Virus record (IMG/VR): IMGVR_UViG_3300032295_002411
Span: 1 to 34,475 of that record
Direction: 5' to 3' (one strand)
Length of the DNA: 34,475 nt
DNA from: a virus
Taxonomy: Duplodnaviria; Caudoviricetes
The notes under the pieces are model-generated. The model saw only the letters and a list, made by a program, of their open reading frames with translations. It had not been told where the DNA came from and did no database searches. A program made the position numbers and the translations under genes. Of the stretch, positions 1-10,416 are shown one piece after another (positions within the stretch are counted from its first letter, which is position 1; every line of letters starts with the position of its first letter).

Positions 1-2
1 AT

Positions 3-1187
3 CAAGGCTATCAAACTTCTGGTTTAATTACAATTTCTCAAGAAAATGCTCCTATTGTAGAGAAATATACAGCGTCTTATTCTGGTATTGGAACTATATT
101 TGTTTCCGACACACTCATTGAAAGAAATACAGAATCTTACTCAGGATTTGGAACAATACTTTCTCTATCTGGAGACTCGGAAGCATATTCTGCACAGACT
201 CCAGAAGAAACTATTACTATAACAGTTTCTGGAACTGCTCAAGAATCCTTTATTGCTCAAACTCCAGAAGATACTATTCTATATCAATTTTCTGGTTTTG
301 CAACTGATGAAAAACTTATTAAGTCATATGTTGGTTCTGGATCGATTGAAATTAGTAGTTCTGCAGATGTAACTTCATCTCCATCATATCCAGCAAGTGG
401 AATTGTTAGATTTGCAAATACACATCATGTTGATAATCTTTATGACACTTGCGATTCTGTAGACATTACATCAGACGAACAGAATTCTGCATATGTAAGT
501 TTCACTACAAATCCACAAGAAACTACAGTTCTATTTGATATTGATGGAAATGCGATTACTTCAGAGACTGCTCTATATACGGAATTTGTAGTAGGACTCT
601 ACACAGTATCTGGAACATATCAAAACGTCAAACTTACTCATTACCAATCTGGAATTGGTACAGTATTCATCACAGAAACTTCTTCTGAAAGTGAAAGAGA
701 TGTTTATATTGGATCAGGAAATCTGTTCGGTATATCTGGTGCAACAGAATATTACTCTGCACAGACTCCAGAATCTACAATTATTCTCCAAGTTTCCGGA
801 TCTGCGATAACATCCATAGAATCGGATTATTCAACTGTAGGTATTGGATTATTTACATTTGGTGGAATATCGATTACTTCACAAATTGCATCATATGCAC
901 AAGTTGGTTCTGGATTTATAACACTTTCCGGTCAACTTGTTTATCCAGATATTATCTTTATTCCGTCACCAGATGGTTCTGGTACGATTAATATTCTTGG
1001 ATCTTCTAATAATTCTCTTATAAAAGTATATCATACTTCTGGAAGTCTCTTTGAATTCTCCTTCGGACTTGAATCATTTGCAAAATCTACTTACGTTGGA
1101 GTTGGGACAATCCATGTTCAAGAACTTGTCGGATCAACTGTTAACAATCCATTCCAGATACCAAGAACTTATGTCTGTATCATTTAA
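3..1187 (+). CDS. 5'-truncated repetitive virion structural protein (Ser/Thr/Gly-rich, cyanophage tail/baseplate-associated type)
   Basis: Read by hand in frame +3 from the window edge (QGYQTSGLITISQE...) to TAA at 1185-1187, ending ...NNPFQIPRTYVCII*. It contains recurring [YF]xAQTPE and YxGxG motifs. It is absent from the ORF track because its start lies outside the window. Confidence 0.8.
   Translation, partial: QGYQTSGLITISQENAPIVEKYTASYSGIGTIFVSDTLIERNTESYSGFGTILSLSGDSEAYSAQTPEETITITVSGTAQESFIAQTPEDTILYQFSGFATDEKLIKSYVGSGSIEISSSADVTSSPSYPASGIVRFANTHHVDNLYDTCDSVDITSDEQNSAYVSFTTNPQETTVLFDIDGNAITSETALYTEFVVGLYTVSGTYQNVKLTHYQSGIGTVFITETSSESERDVYIGSGNLFGISGATEYYSAQTPESTIILQVSGSAITSIESDYSTVGIGLFTFGGISITSQIASYAQVGSGFITLSGQLVYPDIIFIPSPDGSGTINILGSSNNSLIKVYHTSGSLFEFSFGLESFAKSTYVGVGTIHVQELVGSTVNNPFQIPRTYVCII
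189..773 (+). repeat. 18-nt direct repeat TCTGCACAGACTCCAGAA (SAQTPE) at 189-206 and 756-773
   Basis: Exact repeat read from the sequence, reflecting internal protein repeats. A third degenerate copy (IAQTPE) lies near 252-269. Confidence 0.8.
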
Positions 1188-1189
1188 AG

Positions 1190-1197
1190 TATAAATA
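1190..1197 (+). promoter_or_regulatory. T4-type late promoter TATAAATA
   Basis: Exact gp55-type consensus in the intergenic gap, 33 nt upstream of the tail fibre ATG. Confidence 0.8.
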
Positions 1198-1230
1198 AAT
1201 GAAGAAGATAAACCGTCATTAAGTATTTCC

Positions 1231-4200
1231 ATGACTAAGCAGGTACAGATAAGAAGGGGTACTACCGCTCAACATGCAGTTTTTACTGGAGCGATTGCAG
1301 AAGTTACTTATGACACCGACAAAAAGACTTTATTAGCTCACGACGGAAGTACTGTTGGTGGTATTGAATTAGCTAGAAAAGATTTTTCTAACGTAAGAAA
1401 AGCCGAGTTTCCGGAAACTCTTAAGGTTGGATTTAACACAGATCCAGAATATAAAACAGGACTTACCGGTAATTTAAATGTTGCTGGTATTGCAACATTT
1501 GCTGGGATTGTAACAAGTGGAATGAGTTCTACTTCCAGTATGAGTTCTTGGGATGTTAAAATTGGATATGGAAATACCGCTTTTATTGTTAATGGCGATC
1601 AATTAATAACTGGAATTTCTACTGTAGTAACTACTAGAGGAACTACAGCTACATTTAATAATTTTAATGTAACTGGTCATGGTACTACTACATTTACTCT
1701 TAATACTTATGTAACAGAACCTTCTGGAATTGGAAATACTATTGTAGCCGTAGCTTCAACTACAGGTGTTGCAATTGGAGATTTTGTAAGTATTGGCACA
1801 AATTTCAGTAACGTAGTTATTACTGGATTTGGTCAAAGTGTTACATCAGCAGCATTTAATAAACAATTATCAACCACTTCTATCTCCACTTCGGTAAGTA
1901 TTGGATCTACTATTATTTCCGTTGCAAGCACATCCGGTGTTTCTATTGGAAATTCATTTAGTATTTCGGGAATTGCTACAAATATTCGCATTATTGGATT
2001 TACTACAGTAGCTTTACCTATAGTTAATGTTGATGTTAGCTTTACTAATGTAACTGCAGTTGCAAGTATTGGAGCTACAATCGTAGCCGTTGGTGATACT
2101 AATGGAGTCTCTATTGGAAGTTCATTAAGTACCACAACAGAAAGCGTTAGAGATGGAATCATCACCAATGCAGTAATTGTAGGTGTAACAACTGCAACAA
2201 GACCTGCATATAACACTGAAATTTTAGCTACAACAACCACTTCAAATGTCGGAGTTGGTGTAACTATTATTCCAATTTCTTCAGTTTCTGGAGTTTCGAT
2301 AGGAAATTCTATTAGTGTTGGGGATTTTGGGGGAAATTATATAACTAATGCTCCAATTGTTGGGGTAAATACTAATTCCGTATTAATTCCTGTAGGATCA
2401 GCAACCACTGTTCTTATCACCACAAATGCATCAGTATCTATTAGTACAGTTAGAACTGATTCTCCAGCAATTGTTCTCCAATCTCCTCTTGGTGTTGGTT
2501 TGACTATTGGAAAAGGCATTTTAGTAAGTAATCCAACTTTCCCTGTAACACCTGCATTCTTAATTGGTGTCGGAAATACATTTGCTGTTGGACTTTCTTC
2601 TGGAACAACCGTTGCTGTTTCTACGGTAACCAATAATTCTCCAGCTATTACTGTTGGATATAGTTCAGTTAGCCAATACGCGATACCATTTAATGAGTCG
2701 GTAACGATCACAAGAATTTTAAATGATCAAAGTAGAATTAATATTAATCAAGGTTCATTCAAGAACTTAGAAGTAGTTGGTATCGCTACAATTAATGGAT
2801 TAACATTCCCAACTGAAGATGGTATTGATGGCCAAGTTCTTATAACTGATGGCCAGGGAAACATTGGATTTGCGACTGGCGGCGGTGGGTCTGGATCGCA
2901 GGTTCTTGTAAGAGTATCTCAAGCTACTGGTGATGATGCATATGATGGAAGAACAAAACCGGTTAAAAGTATTAAGAAGGCAGCTCAAATTGCTTCTTTC
3001 TTAGGATATTTCTTCAATACTGGTGCAACTATCCTCGTTGAATCTGGAGATTACATCGAAGATAACCCAATCATTCTTTATGATAACGTCAATATTATTG
3101 CAGATTCCTTAAGAAACGTTGTCGTAAGACCACTAAACGCAGGTATTGACTTCTTCAAAGTAAGAAATGGTAACTATATTACTGGACTAACATTTACCGA
3201 TTTTATCGATGTAAATACAAAAATTCCACAACATACTTGGAACTATACAATTTCCTTTGACGAACCATTCAATCCATCTTTAGTTAGAACTGGATACGCT
3301 TGTACGCATACTATTAATATTATTAACGCTACTTATGATGGAGTTACAGGCGTTACAACTATTACTACATCAGAACCACACGAATTATATCCAACTAATA
3401 CCGTAAGACTTTCAGGACTTGGATGGACTTGTGGATATGATGAAACTGGTATTGCGAGTATTAGATACAACAATGTAGTTGGTATTTCTACACTTACTCT
3501 TCGTTCAGCTCCAAATAGAACTGAAAATGGTGGAAGTTATGTAATTGGCGAAAAGCTATTTTTATACAATTTCCCATTTGCATGTACTTCGGAACATGCC
3601 GGAGTAACTACAACTATCTTCCCATATAATGGACTAGATACTCAAGGATATGGTGCAATTTATCCAATTATTGGAGTTAATACTGCAGCTAAGACCATTA
3701 CTATTCAGGGTGGAATTAGTACAATTCCTCATACTTATGTTGGTTGGCAGAAATTAGGTATTAGTACTTTTACATATACTAATACTACTGGTGTTTCGAC
3801 TGCTACAACAAGAGAGGCTCATGGTTATCAAGTAAATGATAAGATTACTCTAACAGGACTTGCATTTACCTGCCCAGGAGGATCTGGTATTACAACTACT
3901 ATCTTCCCAGATGGAACAATTACCTCTACTAATGTTGATGGATATACATTTACTGTTACTGGAGTAACTACAAATACATTTACATTTAATGCGGGTATTT
4001 CTACAATTGTTCATTCTTATAGTGGATATGGTGCAGTTGGAGTTTCTACATTCATTTATACAAATTCAACTGGTGTTGCTACTTGCGTAGTCTCTTCCAA
4101 TCATGGATTAACTGCAGGAGATTATGTAACTCTTACTGGACTAGCTTTCACTTGCCCAGGAGGATCTGGCATTACAACCACTATCTTCCCAGATGGAACT

Positions 4201-7200
4201 AGCCCTTATGGATATACATTTAGAGTTTCTAATGTAGATAACGCAACTACATTTACTGTCAATGTCGGTGTTTCTACAATTGTTCACTCTTATGTAAGTG
4301 GTGGTACTGCTAACAAAGTTCCAGTTGTAGAAAAAGTACCAACAATTCAAAAGATTCAATTCTATCCTGATCAACACCAAAGTGGTGTAAGAGATTTCGG
4401 TGTTATCTCCGCTGCATCTACTACGACATTTGCAATTCGTGGAGAAAAGATATCCAATATTCCACATTACTATGTTGCTGGAGTAGGTGGAACTGCAGTT
4501 CTCAGTAAACCACAAATCTTCAAGTCACCATATATCCAAAACTGTACGATTCTTTCCAGTCTTGGTGGTAATGGTATTCTCGTTGACGGCGACAAAGTAA
4601 TTTCGCCAAACGTTCCTGCAGTTCAATTACTTGCAGAGAATCCTCCTAGTGGAGCTATTCCCGAGTTTGGTAAGTCAATGGTTGCTGCAACCTTTACTAT
4701 GATCTCTTTTGATGGTATTGGTTGGCGCGTAATCAACGATGGATATTCTCAGGTTGTTTCTTGTTTCCAAATTTTCTGCCGTTATGGATCTCTTGCACAG
4801 TCTGGTGGATATCTATCTATTACAAACTCTGCAACAAACTTCGGATCTATCGCTCTAAGGGCAACAGGATTCTCGCCAAATGCATTCTCCTTCGATAAAG
4901 GTCGTGTTGCTGCTACTGGTACTTCTGGCGGACTTCAGACACTCAAAGTTATTGGTGTAGGTAGAACAGAACAAGATCTATATGTTTTGAGATTCTTAGA
5001 TAATGCTGGTATTGATAGAACAAGCCTATTCAAGCCAATTGTACAGGAAGCCACTGTAAACCCGGCTGTAGGCGTTAACACATCTACTGATGTAATTTCT
5101 ATTGCTGGACATCCATTTGCTGATGGTGACAGTATTGTTTATATTGGAAATGAACAGGCTGAACCATCAATTGTTATTGATGGACTTGTAAACGGAAACA
5201 CATATTATGTTCAGTATATTAATTCCGGTTCATTCAAGTTATTTGAAGATGATTCGTTTAGAAGACCTGTAGATTTGAGATCTGCACCAGCTGGTATTAA
5301 TACATTCCAAAAGAATAATCAGGAATTTATTGTTGATGAGATTATCAGTTCTCACGCACAATACCAGAGATTAACTCTTGCAAGTGCTGGATCTACAGCT
5401 ATCTTCAATTCTGGTCAAGAAATTACTCAAACAGTAACTGGTGGAACTGCTACGGGTTTTGCATTAACTTATCATAGCGGTTCAAGATCACTTATAGTTT
5501 CCGTTGAAGAAGTTGGTGGAGTAAGAAGATTATTTGCTACTTCTGGTGGAAATATTGTTGATCATGGCCCATCTCCAATTGCTATCGGAGTTACTGCAGT
5601 TGCAGGTATTACAACATTTAGAACAATTGAATTTAAAGTAGATTCAACATCTGTCGGAAATGTTATTCAGGGTATTGGTAATCTTCCAGTTACATATAGA
5701 TGTAATTTACATAGACCTTCTATTGTTAACTCCTCTTCCCATACTTGGGAATTCTCTGGATCTGGAACAGACTACAACGCACTTCCACAAAATAATGGTA
5801 AGGCTGATCCATTGTCCGAACAGGTATCTGAACTCGGTGGTCGTGTGTATGCTTCTGGTACTAACGAACTTGGTGACTTCAAGATTGGTTCTCAGATCAC
5901 AGCAGTTAATAGAACTGGTAATATCTTCTTTAATAACAAGGTGTCCATTGGAGAGTTGGATTCTATTCGCCTATCCCTTTCTGGTGGTGTTGCGGTTGAG
6001 GAATTCTCAACTGATACAAATCTCGGTGAAGGAGAACTTGGAGGTCCACTCAATAAGAGAGTTCCAACTCAGTTAGCGATCAGAAGTTTCATGTCTAATA
6101 GACTTGGAACATTCATTGATAAGACCGTATCACAAAACGCAGTTCCAAATGCTGTTGTTCAGTTGAACTCTTCTGGACAAATTAATGGTGATCTAATTCC
6201 ACCAAAAGTTGTTAATTACACCAAAACCAACGTATCTACTGGTAGAACAGTTCTTGTAAACCAAATTCCTGCAATTGATGTTAGAAACGGGGATACAGTT
6301 GTTGAACCAGAACTATCATACGTTCTTATTCAAGACGTTTTTGGACAATATCTAATTTTAGATGATGACAACAGAAATTATAATTTCAATAACGGAGACT
6401 CTGTAACCAGTGCTCTTGCAGCTGCTGCAATTGGGGTTGTTACCGCTCCACCACAAGGAATTGGCATTGGAACAACAATTTCTCCATATGTTGGATATGG
6501 TGTAACTGGATTAGTTAAGGGCGTTCTAACGAGAGTTAGTATTCAGAATGGTGGATCTGGATATACTAGTGCAGGTCTTTACACTTGTTTCTTACAATCT
6601 ACTACTGGTATTGGTACTTCCGCACTTGCAGAAGTTACTGTTGGCGGCTCTGGTACTGTAACCAATGTTGCTCTCAAGGCTGGTGGTCGTTACTATGCGG
6701 GAGGAAACGTTCTAAGTGCCATTGACTCTCAAGTTGGGGGACGTAGTGGAGGAGCTGCATTTACTGTAACTGTAGTTGATGTTGAAACTAGACTTTATCT
6801 TACCTTAACAAATAATCAGAAATTTGCGGGTAGTACAGCACTCGCAGATTACATTGCCGACGGTGATGCGGTTGGAATTTCCACAACTTTAAATCTTGAT
6901 GTTTCTTATAGTTTTGATCCTAGTACTATTGAAACTGGAGGTGCTGTTGACTTCCCGAATGATAGAGTCGTAGTTGGCGCTGGACATACATTCCAGGATG
7001 GAGATCCAATCAAGTATGTAACAAATGGTGGAACAAATATTGCTGGATTAATTGAAAACACTACTTATTATGCAAAGAGAGTTGGTGTTTCCTCTGTTGA
7101 ACTTCACTCTACTTATGCACTTGTTTCTAGACAAGATCTTTCTGGTAGTGGAATTGGTACACACAGTCTTATTAGATGTGGTGTATCGACTATTAAAGAT

Positions 7201-8643
7201 ACGATTGTATTCAGAAACCATGGATTTTCCACTGGAGATCCCGTAAGAGTCACTGGAAATACTCCTCTAGGAATTGATACAAGTGCATTCTATTATACTG
7301 GTTCAATAACGCAAAACGGATTTACTTTACACACCACTCAAAGTGATGCTGTTGCCTCAGCAAGTGGAGTTACATTTAATGCCGTTGGTATTGCACAAAC
7401 AGGAAGTGGAACAATTACTTTCACGGAACAGAATGTTAGGTATCAAAATACAGTTAACACATCTTCTACAGATCCAAACAACTGGTCATTACTTGCGAGT
7501 GCTGATGTTGATGCTGCTAACATTGTTAGTGGTACTATTTCACCATCCAGACTTGGTTCTGGTACTGCAAACTCTGACACATTCCTAAATGGTAATTCAT
7601 CTTATCAGAAGGTAGTTACAAGCGTTGGAATTGCATCTACAACTCCTTTTGGAATTACAGCCTCAAGTTCTGACTTTGGTGTTGGATTTGCTACTCATTA
7701 TGGTCAAATCAGAATTACTGCAAATAGAGTTGCAGGTACTTTAGATCTTTATTCTTCAACTGGTGTTGCCAAATTCAAGAGTTCGACTTTTAGTATTGAT
7801 ACCGATGGCGGCGTAAGTATTAAGAACTCTTCGACTGGTGATGTTGATGCTTCAACTCTTGGTACTCAAAACGGTGCATATTATCTGAACTCTGCAAACC
7901 ACACTGGAACAATTCCAATTGCTAGAGGTGGTACTGGTCAAACCGGATTACCCGCTAATGGTGCAATTCTGATTGGTAATGGATCTGCATTCAACCTCAC
8001 GACAACTCCAATATTCCAGGGATCGGTAACTTTCCAGTCATCAATAAGTGCATGGAACGTAACAACTCCTGGAACAACTATTGGTGGTATTCACCTTGGT
8101 GCATCTTCAGGAACAAGTAATGCTGGTCCGGCGATTACTTTCGGTGCAAGAGATGCTTCTTCTGGTGGTAATGCACAAGCAGGTATTTACATTAATTCTG
8201 ATGGTGGATACGGAACTAGAATGTATTTTGCAACTACAGATTCTTATGCAAGTGGATCTAGAACTGCAATGTCAATTGGTGAAGGTGGGGTTGTAAATAT
8301 AACAAGATCTAATTTAATTGTTGCCGGAACAGGTACATTTAACTCTGATCTTAGACTTAAGACTAATATCTTCACGATTGAAAATGCACTTGAGAAGACC
8401 CTTAGATTGCGTGGTGTTGAGTATGATCGTATTGATAGTGGTGATCACCAAATTGGTTTAATTGCTCAAGAAGTTGAAGAAATTATTCCACAAGTAGTTT
8501 ATACGCCTGAAGATAATTCTGAAGGTATGAAGTCTGTTGCATATCAAAATCTAACTGCACTACTCATTGAGTCAATCAAGGAACAACAGAAACAAATCGA
8601 TGAATTGAAATCTGCGATAGAATCTTTGAAAAAAGGAGGTTAA
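1231..8643 (+). CDS. Giant tail fibre / receptor-binding protein with C-terminal peptidase S74 intramolecular chaperone
   Basis: The N-terminus QVQIRRGTTAQHAVFTGAIAEVTYDTDKKTLLAHDG resembles the Mtd-N module. There are VASTxGVSIG repeats, a TGDDAYDG..KPVKSIKKAA motif typical of beta-helix entry, and HG[YF]xxGD repeats. The C-terminus NSDLRLKTNI...GLIAQEVEEIIP...VAYQNLTALLIESIKE is S74-type with a coiled coil. Confidence 0.9.
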   Translation: MTKQVQIRRGTTAQHAVFTGAIAEVTYDTDKKTLLAHDGSTVGGIELARKDFSNVRKAEFPETLKVGFNTDPEYKTGLTGNLNVAGIATFAGIVTSGMSSTSSMSSWDVKIGYGNTAFIVNGDQLITGISTVVTTRGTTATFNNFNVTGHGTTTFTLNTYVTEPSGIGNTIVAVASTTGVAIGDFVSIGTNFSNVVITGFGQSVTSAAFNKQLSTTSISTSVSIGSTIISVASTSGVSIGNSFSISGIATNIRIIGFTTVALPIVNVDVSFTNVTAVASIGATIVAVGDTNGVSIGSSLSTTTESVRDGIITNAVIVGVTTATRPAYNTEILATTTTSNVGVGVTIIPISSVSGVSIGNSISVGDFGGNYITNAPIVGVNTNSVLIPVGSATTVLITTNASVSISTVRTDSPAIVLQSPLGVGLTIGKGILVSNPTFPVTPAFLIGVGNTFAVGLSSGTTVAVSTVTNNSPAITVGYSSVSQYAIPFNESVTITRILNDQSRININQGSFKNLEVVGIATINGLTFPTEDGIDGQVLITDGQGNIGFATGGGGSGSQVLVRVSQATGDDAYDGRTKPVKSIKKAAQIASFLGYFFNTGATILVESGDYIEDNPIILYDNVNIIADSLRNVVVRPLNAGIDFFKVRNGNYITGLTFTDFIDVNTKIPQHTWNYTISFDEPFNPSLVRTGYACTHTINIINATYDGVTGVTTITTSEPHELYPTNTVRLSGLGWTCGYDETGIASIRYNNVVGISTLTLRSAPNRTENGGSYVIGEKLFLYNFPFACTSEHAGVTTTIFPYNGLDTQGYGAIYPIIGVNTAAKTITIQGGISTIPHTYVGWQKLGISTFTYTNTTGVSTATTREAHGYQVNDKITLTGLAFTCPGGSGITTTIFPDGTITSTNVDGYTFTVTGVTTNTFTFNAGISTIVHSYSGYGAVGVSTFIYTNSTGVATCVVSSNHGLTAGDYVTLTGLAFTCPGGSGITTTIFPDGTSPYGYTFRVSNVDNATTFTVNVGVSTIVHSYVSGGTANKVPVVEKVPTIQKIQFYPDQHQSGVRDFGVISAASTTTFAIRGEKISNIPHYYVAGVGGTAVLSKPQIFKSPYIQNCTILSSLGGNGILVDGDKVISPNVPAVQLLAENPPSGAIPEFGKSMVAATFTMISFDGIGWRVINDGYSQVVSCFQIFCRYGSLAQSGGYLSITNSATNFGSIALRATGFSPNAFSFDKGRVAATGTSGGLQTLKVIGVGRTEQDLYVLRFLDNAGIDRTSLFKPIVQEATVNPAVGVNTSTDVISIAGHPFADGDSIVYIGNEQAEPSIVIDGLVNGNTYYVQYINSGSFKLFEDDSFRRPVDLRSAPAGINTFQKNNQEFIVDEIISSHAQYQRLTLASAGSTAIFNSGQEITQTVTGGTATGFALTYHSGSRSLIVSVEEVGGVRRLFATSGGNIVDHGPSPIAIGVTAVAGITTFRTIEFKVDSTSVGNVIQGIGNLPVTYRCNLHRPSIVNSSSHTWEFSGSGTDYNALPQNNGKADPLSEQVSELGGRVYASGTNELGDFKIGSQITAVNRTGNIFFNNKVSIGELDSIRLSLSGGVAVEEFSTDTNLGEGELGGPLNKRVPTQLAIRSFMSNRLGTFIDKTVSQNAVPNAVVQLNSSGQINGDLIPPKVVNYTKTNVSTGRTVLVNQIPAIDVRNGDTVVEPELSYVLIQDVFGQYLILDDDNRNYNFNNGDSVTSALAAAAIGVVTAPPQGIGIGTTISPYVGYGVTGLVKGVLTRVSIQNGGSGYTSAGLYTCFLQSTTGIGTSALAEVTVGGSGTVTNVALKAGGRYYAGGNVLSAIDSQVGGRSGGAAFTVTVVDVETRLYLTLTNNQKFAGSTALADYIADGDAVGISTTLNLDVSYSFDPSTIETGGAVDFPNDRVVVGAGHTFQDGDPIKYVTNGGTNIAGLIENTTYYAKRVGVSSVELHSTYALVSRQDLSGSGIGTHSLIRCGVSTIKDTIVFRNHGFSTGDPVRVTGNTPLGIDTSAFYYTGSITQNGFTLHTTQSDAVASASGVTFNAVGIAQTGSGTITFTEQNVRYQNTVNTSSTDPNNWSLLASADVDAANIVSGTISPSRLGSGTANSDTFLNGNSSYQKVVTSVGIASTTPFGITASSSDFGVGFATHYGQIRITANRVAGTLDLYSSTGVAKFKSSTFSIDTDGGVSIKNSSTGDVDASTLGTQNGAYYLNSANHTGTIPIARGGTGQTGLPANGAILIGNGSAFNLTTTPIFQGSVTFQSSISAWNVTTPGTTIGGIHLGASSGTSNAGPAITFGARDASSGGNAQAGIYINSDGGYGTRMYFATTDSYASGSRTAMSIGEGGVVNITRSNLIVAGTGTFNSDLRLKTNIFTIENALEKTLRLRGVEYDRIDSGDHQIGLIAQEVEEIIPQVVYTPEDNSEGMKSVAYQNLTALLIESIKEQQKQIDELKSAIESLKKGG
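3871..4199 (+). repeat. Tandem domain duplication in the tail fibre (282-nt / 94-aa period)
   Basis: TGCCCAGGAGGATCTGG(T/C)ATTACAAC(T/C)ACTATCTTCCCAGATGGAAC occurs at 3871-3917 and 4153-4199. Both copies encode TCPGGSGITTTIFPDGT, and more divergent copies lie upstream. Confidence 0.9.
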
Positions 8644-8647
8644 TTAT

Positions 8648-9247
8648 ATGCCAGTATCAATTGCTGGAACTGGAATAAAATATTCCAATATTGCTTATAA
8701 CCCTTATGGTTCCGAGTCCAATCCAACGCAGACAAGATGTAGTCCTATTGTAAAAATAAGATCTACAAGTGCAAGCACCATCAATCAAACTACTGGTGGT
8801 GCTAGCCATACTTTTGTTAATGGAACTGAGATTGATATGGGAGTTCCGACTAAATCAACTAATTGGTATAGATGCTGTTATCAAACAATCGTTGATGATT
8901 GGGATGGAAATTATGGTGGGATTGGATTTTCTATTTGGAGATATACTCCAAGTAGTGGTTGGAACCGAGTTTTAGATATGGGAAGACATGCATCTTATGA
9001 TAATAATATGGGCGACTGGTATAGAAACCCAATGATCTTTGGCTATGTACCTGTTCACCAATCTTTCCCAACTCAACAACATGCGTTTAGAATTTATGTT
9101 ACAAATTATTATGGAACAAGTAATGTAAGAATTAATTGTGGTATTGGTAATGATTTATTGAGAAATGGTTGGATTAATAATATTTTTGAAGTGTGGGAAA
9201 TAGATGGTGATGGTATACATACAAGCGGAACAATGTCGAGGTATTAA
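8648..9247 (+). CDS. Triplet-A paralog 1: small Trp/Asn/Gly-rich beta protein, putative tail-fibre tip/adhesin subunit
   Basis: Shares MGVPxKxxNWY, [IL][WY]R[YW]TPSxGWNR[IV]LDxG, HAFR[IL]Y, RINC.I..DL.RNGW.NN and the terminal SR[YF] with the next two ORFs. Starts 4 nt after the fibre stop. Confidence 0.7.
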   Translation: MPVSIAGTGIKYSNIAYNPYGSESNPTQTRCSPIVKIRSTSASTINQTTGGASHTFVNGTEIDMGVPTKSTNWYRCCYQTIVDDWDGNYGGIGFSIWRYTPSSGWNRVLDMGRHASYDNNMGDWYRNPMIFGYVPVHQSFPTQQHAFRIYVTNYYGTSNVRINCGIGNDLLRNGWINNIFEVWEIDGDGIHTSGTMSRY

Positions 9248-9250
9248 TTC

Positions 9251-9808
9251 ATGCCAGTAACGATAGGTCCAAATAGCATAACATTTAATAATGGATCTGT
9301 CCAATCAGTTCCTTCTGGATTTATTAAATATAATAGTTGTTCTGCAACAACAACAGACCAATCTATTCAATCTGGTAACTGGGATTTTATTAATGGGACT
9401 GAATTGAATATGGGAGTTCCAACTAAATCATCGAATTGGTATAGAGTTTCTTTTTATTCCTGTTCTGATGACTGGGGTGGTGCAAACGGTGGAGTTGGTA
9501 TGGCTTTATGGAGATGGACGCCATCAACAGGTTGGAACAGAATTCTTGACCAGGGTTGGCACGCTCATTATGATAATAACTGTGGGGATTTTTACACCAG
9601 CACACATGGAATATGGTATGTTCCAGTTCTAAACGCATCAGAACAACATGCATTTAGATTATATTGCAGAAGACATCCAGATGTTGCTATGAGAATTAAT
9701 TGTTCTATTGGTGCTGATCTCAGAAGAAATGGATGGAATAATAATATGTTTGAAATTTATGAAATAGATGGTGATTTAATTAACACAGGTAATCTTAGTA
9801 GATTTTGA
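9251..9808 (+). CDS. Triplet-A paralog 2
   Basis: Same motifs: MGVPTKSSNWY, WRWTPSTGWNRILDQG, HAFRLY, RINCSIGADLRRNGWNNN. Confidence 0.7.
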   Translation: MPVTIGPNSITFNNGSVQSVPSGFIKYNSCSATTTDQSIQSGNWDFINGTELNMGVPTKSSNWYRVSFYSCSDDWGGANGGVGMALWRWTPSTGWNRILDQGWHAHYDNNCGDFYTSTHGIWYVPVLNASEQHAFRLYCRRHPDVAMRINCSIGADLRRNGWNNNMFEIYEIDGDLINTGNLSRF

Positions 9809-9818
9809 GGAAAAATTT

Positions 9819-10382
9819 ATGGCAATAACTATAACTGGAAATGGAATACAATATCCAAGTGGACCTTCGCAAAATTATGTTCCTGGAATTGTAAAAGTTG
9901 CTTTTACTTCATCGGATGGAGTAAACCATAACAGTGGAACTGGTTTGGGTGGAGGTTGGCAACTTCCGTCAAACCTTGAAATTAATATGGGAGTCCCAGA
10001 AAAAGCAAGTAATTGGTATAAAGTTACTTGGTGGACAATTGCTGATGATCAAGGTGGAGGAGCTCAAGGAACCGGCGCTTCATTATATCGTTGGACGCCA
10101 TCAACTGGATGGAACCGAATTCTAGATCAAGGTCACCATGCAACATTGGAAAATGATGTAGGAGATTTGTATTGGGGTGTAATTTGTCATTATTGGGCTC
10201 CCGCAATTAACAATACCGAGGCACATGCTTTCAGGATTTACCATTCAAATTGGAATGGTCCAACAAGAATTAATTGTTCTATCGATACCGATTTAAGAAG
10301 AAATGGTTGGAATAATAACCAATTAGAAATTTGGGAGATGGATACAGCTTCCATAAATCCAAATAATTTAAGTAGGTATTAA
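9819..10382 (+). CDS. Triplet-A paralog 3
   Basis: Same motifs: MGVPEKASNWY, RWTPSTGWNRILDQG, HAFRIY, RINCSIDTDLRRNGWNNN. GAGG ribosome-binding site upstream. Confidence 0.7.
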   Translation: MAITITGNGIQYPSGPSQNYVPGIVKVAFTSSDGVNHNSGTGLGGGWQLPSNLEINMGVPEKASNWYKVTWWTIADDQGGGAQGTGASLYRWTPSTGWNRILDQGHHATLENDVGDLYWGVICHYWAPAINNTEAHAFRIYHSNWNGPTRINCSIDTDLRRNGWNNNQLEIWEMDTASINPNNLSRY

Positions 10383-10385
10383 ATA

Positions 10386-10393
10386 GATAAATA
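10386..10393 (+). promoter_or_regulatory. Late promoter variant GATAAATA
   Basis: ATAAATA core in the intergenic gap, followed by an AGGAG RBS before 10417. Confidence 0.55.
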
Positions 10394-10416
10394 TTCAAAT
10401 ATAGGAGTAATTAGAG

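Noticed and set aside
1833-2711. Minus-strand ORFs of 135 and 124 aa
   Set aside because: They are antisense shadows of the repetitive, codon-biased tail fibre gene and show no independent motifs.
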